A DNA stretch of 64,000 bases from Auanema rhodensis (Eukaryota; Animalia; Nematoda), in the NCBI GenBank assembly GCA_964057225.1, contig OZ059898.1, positions 18,166,001 through 18,230,000 of the forward strand. The letters run 5' to 3'. Of this stretch, positions 1 through 10,878 are shown one piece after another (position 1 is the stretch's first letter; the number at the start of each line of letters is the position of its first letter). The translations under genes were made by a program, and so were the position numbers. Below the pieces are notes generated by a model, which saw only the letters and a list, made by a program, of their open reading frames with translations, ran no database searches and was not told where the DNA came from.

Positions 1-70
1 ATTTTCACCCTGAAGAATTAATTTTTTCGTTGAAAAACATTTTCCATCGTGTTTGCCTTGAAAAAAGGAA

Positions 71-142
71 TCTAAAAACATCTACTTTTTGCTAAATTAT
101 TTTGAAATTTTTCGAAAAAATTTTTGTCAAAATGTTTTTGGA
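71..142. other. Nested A/T-rich inverted repeats, present in every monomer (copy 1 coordinates)
   Basis: AAAAACAT (74-81)/ATGTTTTT (132-139) and ATTTTGA (99-105)/TCAAAAT (127-133). The centre is AAATTTTTT-G-AAAAAATTT in the 113T allele, or the palindrome TTTTTCGAAAAA (108-119) in the 113C allele. Confidence 0.75.
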
Positions 143-146
143 AGCA

Positions 147-174
147 ATGTTGAGTGTACATGGAAACTCAACAT
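147..174. other. Perfect 9-bp inverted repeat with 10-nt spacer, present in every monomer
   Basis: ATGTTGAGT (147-155) - GTACATGGAA - ACTCAACAT (166-174); the arms are exact reverse complements. Confidence 0.92.
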
Positions 175-248
175 ACACTAATGCATCATTTTTCAAACGA
201 TCATAACTAATTTTTGTATAAAGCGTTTCTCAATGTAGTATAGTGCAT

Positions 249-315
249 TCGATGCGGATTTTTAAGCTGCGTCGATCTGTGTTATCAAATTTGCGCTAGC
301 TTAAAAATGCACCGA
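249..315. other. Long imperfect hairpin (about 67 nt), present in every monomer
   Basis: ATTTTTAAGCT (258-268)/AGCTTAAAAAT (298-308) is a perfect 11-bp pair. Inner arms GCGTCGATCTG (269-279)/CAGATTTGCGC (286-296, consensus) pair 8/11 plus two G-T wobbles. Loop TGTTAT (280-285). Outer TCGATGC/GCACCGA pair 6/7. Confidence 0.88.
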
Positions 316-1027
316 GATATCAACTGATATAAGTTCACACTTATTTCCTCGATTTTCACCCTGAAGAATTAATTTTTTCGTTGAATAACATTGTCCATCG
401 TCTTTGCCTTGAAAAAAGGAATCTAAAAACATCTACTTTTTGCTAAATTATTTTGAAATTTTTTGAAAAAATTTTTGTCAAAATGTTTTTGGAAGCAATG
501 TTGAGTGTACATGGAAACTCAACATACACTAATGCATCATTTTTCAAACGATCATAACTAATTTTTGTATTAAGCGTTTCTTAATGTAGTATAGTGCATT
601 CGATGCGGATTTTTAAGCTGCGTCGATCTGTGTTATCAGATTTGCGCTAGCTTAAAAATGCACCGAGATATCAACTGATATAAGTTCACACTTATTTCCT
701 CGATTTTCACCATGAAGAATTAATTTTTTCGTTGAATAACATTGTCCATCGTCTTTGCCTTGAAAAAAGGAATCTAAAAACATCTACTTTTTGCTAAATT
801 ATTTTGAAATTTTTTGAAAAAATTTTTGTCAAAATGTTTTTGGAAGCAATGTTGAGTGTACATGGAAACTCAACATACACTAATGCATCATTTTTCAAAC
901 GATCATAACTAATTTTTGTATTAAGCGTTTCTCAATGTAGTATAGTGCATTCGATGCGGATTTTTAAGCTGCGTCGATCTGTGTTATCAGATTTGCGCTA
1001 GCTTAAAAATGCACCGAGATATCAACT

Positions 1028-1049
1028 GATATAAGTTCACACTTATATC
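1028..1049. other. 9-bp stem, 4-nt loop hairpin (monomer pos 326-347), perfect only in the 345A allele
   Basis: GATATAAGT-TCAC-ACTTATATC in copy 3. The alternative allele ACTTATTTC (e.g. copy 1) has one mismatch. Confidence 0.88.
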
Positions 1050-4000
1050 CTCGATTTTCACCCTGAAGAATTAATTTTTTCGTTGAAAAACATTTTCCAT
1101 CGTGTTTGCCTTGAAAAAAGGAATCTAAAAACATCTACTTTTTGCTAAATTATTTTGAAATTTTTCGAAAAAATTTTTGTCAAAATGTTTTTGGAAGCAA
1201 TGTTGAGTGTACATGGAAACTCAACATACACTAATGCATCATTTTTCAAACGATCATAACTAATTTTTGTATAAAGCGTTTCTCAATGTAGTATAGTGCA
1301 TTCGATGCGGATTTTTAAGCTGCGTCGATCTGTGTTATCAAATTTGCGCTAGCTTAAAAATGCACCGAGATATCAACTGATATAAGTTCACACTTATTTC
1401 CTCGATTTTCACCCTGAAGAATTAATTTTTTCGTTGAATAACATTGTCCATCGTCTTTGCCTTGAAAAAAGGAATCTAAAAACATCTACTTTTTGCTAAA
1501 TTATTTTGAAATTTTTTGAAAAAATTTTTGTCAAAATGTTTTTGGAAGCAATGTTGAGTGTACATGGAAACTCAACATACACTAATGCATCATTTTTCAA
1601 ACGATCATAACTAATTTTTGTATTAAGCGTTTCTCAATGTAGTATAGTGCATTCGATGCGGATTTTTAAGCTGCGTCGATCTGTGTTATCAGATTTGCGC
1701 TAGCTTAAAAATGCACCGAGATATCAACTGATATAAGTTCACACTTATATCCTCGATTTTCACCCTGAAGAATTAATTTTTTCGTTGAAAAACATTTTCC
1801 ATCGTGTTTGCCTTGAAAAAAGGAATCTAAAAACATCTACTTTTTGCTAAATTATTTTGAAATTTTTCGAAAAAATTTTTGTCAAAATGTTTTTGGAAGC
1901 AATGTTGAGTGTACATGGAAACTCAACATACACTAATGCATCATTTTTCAAACGATCATAACTAATTTTTGTATTGAGCGTTTCTCAATGTAGTATAGTG
2001 CATTCGATGCGGATTTTTAAGCTGCGTCGATCTGTGTTATCAGATTTGCGCTAGCTTAAAAATGCACCGAGATATCAACTGATATAAGTTCACACTTATA
2101 TCCTCGATTTTCACCCTGAAGAATTAATTTTTTCGTTGAAAAACATTTTCCATCGTGTTTGCCTTGAAAAAAGGAATCTAAAAACATCTACTTTTTGCTA
2201 AATTATTTTGAAATTTTTCGAAAAAATTTTTGTCAAAATGTTTTTGGAAGCAATGTTGAGTGTACATGGAAACTCAACATACACTAATGCATCATTTTTC
2301 AAACGATCATAACTAATTTTTGTATTAAGCGTTTCTCAATGTAGTATAGTGCATTCGATGCGGATTTTTAAGCTGCGTCGATCTGTGTTATCAGATTTGC
2401 GCTAGCTTAAAAATGCACCGAGATATCAACTGATATAAGTTCACACTTATTTCCTCGATTTTCACCCTGAAGAATTAATTTTTTCGTTGAATAACATTGT
2501 CCATCGTCTTTGCCTTGAAAAAAGGAATCTAAAAACTTCTACTTTTTGCTAAATTATTTTGAAATTTTTTGAAAAAATGTTTGTCAAAATGTTTTTGGAA
2601 GCAATGTTGAGTGTACATGGAAACTCAACATACACTAATGCATCATTTTTCAAACGATCATAACTAATTTTTGTATTAAGCGTTTCTCAATGTAGTATAG
2701 TGCATTCGATGCGGATTTTTAAGCTGCGTCGATCTGTGTTATCAGATTTGCGCTAGCTTAAAAATGCACCGAGATATCAACTGATATAAGTTCACACTTA
2801 TATCCTCGATTTTCACCCTGAAGAATTAATTTTTTCGTTGAATAACATTGTCCATCGTCTTTGCCTTGAAAAAAGGAATCTAAAAACATCTTCTTTTTGC
2901 TAAATTATTTTGAAATTTTTTGAAAAAATTTTTGTCAAAATGTTTTTGGAAGCAATGTTGAGTGTACATGGAAACTCAACATACACTAATGCATCATTTT
3001 TCAAACGATCATAACTAATTTTTGTATTAAGCGTTTCTAAATATAGTATAGTGCATTCGATGCGGATTTTTAAGCTGCGTCGATCTGTGTTATCAGATTT
3101 GCGCTAGCTTAAAAATGCACCGAGATATCAACTGATATAAGTTCACACTTATATCCTCGATTTTCACCCTGAAGAATTAATTTTTTCGTTGAATAACATT
3201 GTCCATCGTCTTTGCCTTGAAAAAAGGAATCTAAAAACATCTTCTTTTTGCTAAATTATTTTGAAATTTTTTGAAAAAATTTTTGTCAAAATGTTCTTGG
3301 AAGCAATGTTGAGTGTACATGGAAACTCAACATACACTAATGCATCATTTTTCAAACGATCATAACTAATTTTTGTATAAAGCGTTTCTCAATGTAGTAT
3401 AGTGCATTCGATGCGGATTTTTAAGCTGCGTCGATCTGTGTTATCAGATTTGCGCTAGCTTAAAAATGCACCGAGATATCAACTGATATAAGTTCACACT
3501 TATTTCCTCGATTTTCACCATGAAGAATTAATTTTTTCGTTGAATAACATTGTCCATCGTCTTTGCCTTGAAAAAAGGAATCTAAAAACATCTACTTTTT
3601 GCTAAATTATTTTGAAATTTTTTGAAAAAATTTTTGTCAAAATGTTTTTGGAAGCAATGTTGAGTGTACATGGAAACTCAACATACACTAATGCATCATT
3701 TTTCAAACGATCATAACTAATTTTTGTATAAAGCGTTTCTCAATGTAGTATAGTGCATTCGATGCGGATTTTTAAGCTGCGTCGATCTGTGTTATCAGAT
3801 TTGCGCTAGCTTAAAAATGCACCGAGATATCAACTGATATAAGTTCACACTTATTTCCTCGATTTTCACCATGAAGAATTAATTTTTTCGTTGAATAACA
3901 TTGTCCATCGTCTTTGCCTTGAAAAAAGGAATCTAAAAACATCTACTTTTTGCTAAATTATTTTGAAATTTTTTGAAAAAATTTTTGTCAAAATGTTTTT

Positions 4001-4913
4001 GGAAGCAATGTTGAGTGTACATGGAAACTCAACATACACTAATGCATCATTTTTCAAACGATCATAACTAATTTTTGTATAAAGCGTTTCTCAATGTAGT
4101 ATAGTGCATTCGATGCGGATTTTTAAGCTGCGTCGATCTGTGTTTTCAGATTTGCGCTAGCTTAAAAATGCACCGAGATATCAACTGATATAAGTTCACA
4201 CTTATTTCCTCGATTTTCACCCTGAAGAATTAATTTTTTCGTTGAATAACATTGTCCATCGTCTTTGCCTTGAAAAAGGAATCTAAAAACATCTACTTTT
4301 TGCTAAATTATTTTGAAATTTTTTGAAAAAATTTTTGTCAAAATGTTTTTGGAAGCAATGTTGAGTGTACATGGAAACTCAACATACACTAATGCATCAT
4401 TTTTCAAACGATCATAACTAATTTTTGTATTAAGCGTTTCTCAAAGTAGTATAGTGCATTCGATGCGGATTTTTAAGCTGCGTCGATCTGTGTTATCAGA
4501 TCTGCGCTAGCTTAAAAATGCACCGAGATATCAACTGATATAAGTTCACACTTATTTCCTCGATTTTCAATCTGAAGAATTAATTTTTTCGTTGAATAAC
4601 ATTGTCCATCGTCTTTGCCTTGAAAAAAGGAATCTAAAAACTTCTACTTTTTGCTAAATTATTTTGAAATTTTTTGAAAAAATGTTTGTCAAAATGTTTT
4701 TGGAAGCAATGTTGAGTGTACATGGAAACTCAACATACACTAATGCATCATTTTTCAAACGATCATAACTAATTTTTGTATAAAGCGTTTCTCAATGTAG
4801 TATAGTGCATTCGATGCGGATTTTTAAGCTGCGTCGATCTGTGTTATCAGATTTGCGCTAGCTTAAAAATGCACCGAGATATCAACTGATATAAGTTCAC
4901 ACTTATATCCTCG

Positions 4914-7900
4914 ATTTTCACCATGAAGAATTAATTTTTTCGTTGAATAACATTGTCCATCGTCTTTGCCTTGAAAAAAGGAATCTAAAAACATCTACTT
5001 TTTGCTAAATTATTTTGAAATTTTTTGAAAAAATTTTTGTCAAAATGTTTTTGGAAGCAATGTTGAGTGTACATGGAAACTCAACATACACTAATGCATC
5101 ATTTTTCAAACGATCATAACTAATTTTTGTATTAAGCGTTTCTCAATGTAGTATAGTGCATTCGATGCGGATTTTTAAGCTGCGTCGATCTGTGTTATCA
5201 GATTTGCGCTAGCTTAAAAATGCACCGAGATATCAACTGATATAAGTTCACACTTATATCCTCGATTTTCACCCTGAAGAATTAATTTTTTCGTTGAATA
5301 ACATTGTCCATCGTCTTTGCCTTGAAAAAAGGAATCTAAAAACATCTTCTTTTTGCTAAATTATTTTGAAATTTTTTGAAAAAATTTTTGTCAAAATGTT
5401 TTTGGAAGCAATGTTGAGTGTACATGGAAACTCAACATACACTAATGCATCATTTTTCAAACGATCATAACTAATTTTTGTATAAAGCGTTTCTCAATGT
5501 AGTATAGTGCATTCGATGCGGATTTTTAAGCTGCGTCGATCTGTGTTATCAGATTTGCGCTAGCTTAAAAATGCACCGAGATATCAACTGATATAAGTTC
5601 ACACTTATTTCCTCGATTTTCACCATGAAGAATTAATTTTTTCGTTGAATAACATTGTCCATCGTCTTTGCCTTAAAAAAAGGAATCTAAAAACATCTAC
5701 TTTTTGCTAAATTATTTTGAAATTTTTTGAAAAAATTTTTGTCAAAATGTTTTTGGAAGCAATGTTGAGTGTACATGGAAACTCAACATACACTAATGCA
5801 TCATTTTTCAAACGATCATAACTAATTTTTGTACAAAGCGTTTCTCAATGTAGTATAGTGCATTCGATGCGGATTTTTAAGCTGCGTCGATCTGTGTTAT
5901 CAGATTTGCGCTAGCTTAAAAATGCACCGAGATATCAACTGATATAAGTTCACACTTATTTCCTCGATTTTCACCCTGAAGAATTAATTTTTTCGTTGAA
6001 TAACATTGTCCATCGTCTTTGCCTTGAAAAAGGAATCTAAAAACATCTACTTTTTGCTAAATTATTTTGAAATTTTTTGAAAAAATTTTTGTCAAAATGT
6101 TTTTGGAAGCAATGTTGAGTGTACATGGAAACTCAACATACACTAATGCATCATTTTTCAAACGATCATAACTAATTTTTGTATTAAGCGTTTCTCAATG
6201 TAGTATAGTGCATTCGATGCGGATTTTTAAGCTGCGTCGATCTGTCTTATCAGATTTGCGCTAGCTTAAAAATGCACCGAGACATCAACTGATATAAGTT
6301 CACACTTATATCCTCGATTTTCACCCTGAAGAAATAATTTTTTCGTTGAATAACATTGTCCATCGTCTTTGCCTTGAAAAAAGGAATCTAAAAACATCTA
6401 CTTTTTGCTAAATTATTTTGAAATTTTTCGAAAAAATTTTTGTCAAAATGTTTTTGGAAGCAATGTTGAGTGTACATGGAAACTCAACATACACTAATGC
6501 ATAATTTTTCAAACGATCATAACTAATTTTTGTATTAAGCGTTTCTCAATGTAGTATATTGCATTCGATGCGGATTTTTAAGCTGCGTCGATCTGTGTTA
6601 TCAGATTTGCGCTAGCTTAAAAATGCACCGAGATATCAACTGATATAAGTTCACACTTATATCCTCGATTTTCACCCTGAAGAATTAATTTTTTCGTTGA
6701 AAAACATTTTCCATCGTGTTTGCCTTGAAAAAAGGAATCTAAAAACATCTACTTTTTGCTAAATTATTTTGAAATTTTTCGAAAAAATTTTTGTCAAAAT
6801 GTTTTTGGAAGCAATGTTGAGTGTACATGGAAACTCAACATACACTAATGCATCATTTTTCAAACGATCATAACTAATTTTTGTATTAAGCGTTTCTCAA
6901 AGTAGTATAGTGCATTCGATGCGGATTTTTAAGCTGCGTCGATCTGTGTTATCAGATCTGCGCTAGCTTAAAAATGCACCGAGATATCAACTGATATAAG
7001 TTCACACTTATTTCCTCGATTTTCACCCTGAAGAATTAATTTTTTCGTTGAATAACATTGTCCATCGTCTTTGCCTTGAAAAAAGGAATCTAAAAACATC
7101 TTCTTTTTGCTAAATTATTTTGAAATTTTTTGAAAAAATTTTTGTCAAAATGTTTTTGGAAGCAATGTTGAGTGTACATGGAAACTCAACATACACTAAT
7201 GCATCATTTTTCAAACGATCATAACTAATTTTTGTATAAAGCGTTTCTCAATGTAGTATAGTGCATTCGATGCGGATTTTTAAGCTGCGTCGATCTGTGT
7301 TATCAGATTTGCGCTAGCTTAAAAATGCACCGAGATATCAACTGATATAAGTTCACACTTATTTCCTCGATTTTCACCCTGAAGAATTAATTTTTTCGTT
7401 GAAAAACATTGTCCATCGTCTTTGCCTTGAAAAAAGGAATCTAAAAACATCTTCTTTTTGCTAAATTATTTTGAAATTTTTTGAAAAAATTTTTGTCAAA
7501 ATGTTTTTGGAAGCAATGTTGAGTGTACATGGAAACTCAACATACACTAATGCATCATTTTTCAAACGATCATAACTAATTTTTGTATAAAGCGTTTCTC
7601 AATGTAGTATAGTGCATTCGATGCGGATTTTTAAGCTGCGTCGATCTGTGTTATCAGATTTGCGCTAGCTTAAAAATGCACCGAGATATCAACTGATATA
7701 AGTTCACACTTATTTCCTCGATTTTCACCCTGAAGAATTAATTTTTTCGTTGAATAACATTGTCCATCGTCTTTGCCTTGAAAAAAGGAATCTAAAAACA
7801 TCTACTTTTTGCTAAATTATTTTGAAATTTTTTGAAAAAATTTTTGTCAAAATGTTTTTGGAAGCAATGTTGAGTGTACATGGAAACTCAACATACACTA

Positions 7901-10878
7901 ATGCATCATTTTTCAAACGATCATAACTAATTTTTGTATAAAGCGTTTCTCAATGTAGTATAGTGCATTCGATGCGGATTTTTAAGCTGCGTCGATCTGT
8001 GTTATCAGATTTGCGCTAGCTTAAAAATGCACCGAGATATCAACTGATATAAGTTCACACTTATATCCTCGATTTTCACCCTGAAGAATTAATTTTTTCG
8101 TTGAATAACATTGTCCATCGTCTTTGCCTTGAAAAAAGGAATCTAAAAACATCTTCTTTTTGCTAAATTATTTTGAAATTTTTTGAAAAAATTTTTGTCA
8201 AAATGTTTTTGGAAGCAATGTTGAGTGTACATGGAAACTCAACATACACTAATGCATCATTTTTCAAACGATCATAACTAATTTTTGTATAAAGCGTTTC
8301 TCAATGTAGTATAGTGCATTCGATGCGGATTTTTAAGCTGCGTCGATCTGTGTTATCAGATTTGCGCTAGCTTAAAAATGCACCGAGATATCAACTGATA
8401 TAAGTTCACACTTATATCCTCGATTTTCACCATGAAGAATTAATTTTTTCGTTGAATAACATTGTCCATCGTCTTTGCCTTGAAAAAAGGAATCTAAAAA
8501 CATCTACTTTTTGCTAAATTATTTTGAAATTTTTTGAAAAAATTTTTGTCAAAATGTTTTTGGAAGCAATGTTGAGTGTACATGGAAACTCAACATACAC
8601 TAATGCATCATTTTTCAAACGATCATAACTAATTTTTGTATTAAGCGTTTCTCAATGTAGTATAGTGCATTCGATGCGGATTTTTAAGCTGCGTCGATCT
8701 GTGTTATCAGATTTGCGCTAGCTTAAAAATGCACCGAGATATCAACTGATATAAGTTCACACTTATATCCTCGATTTTCACCCTGAAGAATTAATTTTTT
8801 CGTTGAATAACATTGTCCATCGTCTTTGCCTTGAAAAAAGGAATCTAAAAACATCTTCTTTTTGCTAAATTATTTTGAAATTTTTTGAAAAAATTTTTGT
8901 CAAAATGTTTTTGGAAGCAATGTTGAGTGTACATGGAAACTCAACATACACTAATGCATCATTTTTCAAACGATCATAACTAATTTTTGTATAAAGCGTT
9001 TCTCAATGTAGTATAGTGCATTCGATGCGGATTTTTAAGCTGCGTCGATCTGTGTTATCAGATTTGCGCTAGCTTAAAAATGCACCGAGATATCAACTGA
9101 TATAAGTTCACACTTATTTCCTCGATTTTCACCATGAAGAATTAATTTTTTCGTTGAATAACATTGTCCATCGTCTTTGCCTTAAAAAAAGGAATCTAAA
9201 AACATCTACTTTTTGCTAAATTATTTTGAAATTTTTTGAAAAAATTTTTGTCAAAATGTTTTTGGAAGCAATGTTGAGTGTACATGGAAACTCAACATAC
9301 ACTAATGCATCATTTTTCAAACGATCATAACTAATTTTTGTACAAAGCGTTTCTCAATGTAGTATAGTGCATTCGATGCGGATTTTTAAGCTGCGTCGAT
9401 CTGTGTTATCAGATTTGCGCTAGCTTAAAAATGCACCGAGATATCAACTGATATAAGTTCACACTTATTTCCTCGATTTTCACCCTGAAGAATTAATTTT
9501 TTCGTTGAATAACATTGTCCATCGTCTTTGCCTTGAAAAAGGAATCTAAAAACATCTACTTTTTGCTAAATTATTTTGAAATTTTTTGAAAAAATTTTTG
9601 TCAAAATGTTTTTGGAAGCAATGTTGAGTGTACATGGAAACTCAACATACACTAATGCATCATTTTTCAAACGATCATAACTAATTTTTGTATTAAGCGT
9701 TTCTCAATGTAGTATAGTGCATTCGATGCGGATTTTTAAGCTGCGTCGATCTGTCTTATCAGATTTGCGCTAGCTTAAAAATGCACCGAGACATCAACTG
9801 ATATAAGTTCACACTTATATCCTCGATTTTCACCCTGAAGAAATAATTTTTTCGTTGAATAACATTGTCCATCGTCTTTGCCTTGAAAAAAGGAATCTAA
9901 AAACATCTACTTTTTGCTAAATTATTTTGAAATTTTTCGAAAAAATTTTTGTCAAAATGTTTTTGGAAGCAATGTTGAGTGTACATGGAAACTCAACATA
10001 CACTAATGCATAATTTTTCAAACGATCATAACTAATTTTTGTATTAAGCGTTTCTCAATGTAGTATATTGCATTCGATGCGGATTTTTAAGCTGCGTCGA
10101 TCTGTGTTATCAGATTTGCGCTAGCTTAAAAATGCACCGAGATATCAACTGATATAAGTTCACACTTATATCCTCGATTTTCACCCTGAAGAATTAATTT
10201 TTTCGTTGAAAAACATTTTCCATCGTGTTTGCCTTGAAAAAAGGAATCTAAAAACATCTACTTTTTGCTAAATTATTTTGAAATTTTTCGAAAAAATTTT
10301 TGTCAAAATGTTTTTGGAAGCAATGTTGAGTGTACATGGAAACTCAACATACACTAATGCATCATTTTTCAAACGATCATAACTAATTTTTGTATTAAGC
10401 GTTTCTCAAAGTAGTATAGTGCATTCGATGCGGATTTTTAAGCTGCGTCGATCTGTGTTATCAGATCTGCGCTAGCTTAAAAATGCACCGAGATATCAAC
10501 TGATATAAGTTCACACTTATTTCCTCGATTTTCACCCTGAAGAATTAATTTTTTCGTTGAATAACATTGTCCATCGTCTTTGCCTTGAAAAAAGGAATCT
10601 AAAAACATCTTCTTTTTGCTAAATTATTTTGAAATTTTTTGAAAAAATTTTTGTCAAAATGTTTTTGGAAGCAATGTTGAGTGTACATGGAAACTCAACA
10701 TACACTAATGCATCATTTTTCAAACGATCATAACTAATTTTTGTATAAAGCGTTTCTCAATGTAGTATAGTGCATTCGATGCGGATTTTTAAGCTGCGTC
10801 GATCTGTGTTATCAGATTTGCGCTAGCTTAAAAATGCACCGAGATATCAACTGATATAAGTTCACACTTATTTCCTCG
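4914..10878. repeat. Block duplication: monomers 15-21 (4914-7369) repeated as 25-31 (8423-10878), offset 3509 bp
   Basis: Rare markers recur in order: CCTTAAAA (~5675/9184), GTACAAAG (~5834/9343), A6>A5 deletion (~6028/9537), CTGTCTTA (6246/9755), GACATC (~6283/9792), GAAATAA (~6334/9843), GCATAAT (~6503/10012), TATATTG (~6559/10068), then CAAAGT plus CAGATCTG. Confidence 0.93.

Larger units (their letters stand above)
1..351. repeat. Representative 351-bp monomer (arbitrary phase)
   Basis: Hand count: 56 C + 52 G in 351 bp (about 31% GC), 12 CpG. Many A4-6/T4-7 tracts. Stop codons in all six frames. Confidence 0.97.

Noticed and set aside
25-41. CENP-B box-like TTTCGTTGAAAAACATT
   Set aside because: It matches TTCG and the central A but lacks the essential CGGG, and C28 is often T.
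10-50. Hammerhead ribozyme core (CTGAAGA ... GAAA ... TTC/GTC), as known from newt, schistosome and cave-cricket satellites
   Set aside because: Stems I and II cannot form, stem III would be three A-U pairs, and GAAA exists only in the minority 35A allele. An Infernal search with Rfam hammerhead models would settle it.
188-218. Ancient internal dimer: ATTTTTCA...TAATTTTTGT resembles pos 1-30
   Set aside because: The similarity is short, low-complexity and does not visibly extend. A self-alignment against shuffled controls is needed.
178-281. Mutation hotspots suggested by triallelic sites (pos 178, 220, 263, 271, 281)
   Set aside because: With roughly 55 distinct variants in 351 sites, about three coincidences are expected by chance, so five is not convincing.
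269-300. Helitron 3' end (hairpin followed by CTAG)
   Set aside because: CTAG overlaps the hairpin arm instead of lying about 10 nt downstream, and no element ends or flanks are visible.
1-351. Repeat-protein ORF, since 351 = 117 codons keeps frame across copies
   Set aside because: Conserved stops in all frames: plus strand TAA 19-21, TGA 11-13, TAA 93-95; minus strand stops from TCA 5-7, TTA 18-20 and TTA 97-99.
1-351. Tandem 5S rRNA, tRNA, snRNA or spliced-leader gene array
   Set aside because: No recognisable conserved RNA sequence, cloverleaf or Pol III boxes. Judged by eye only; an Rfam scan was not run.
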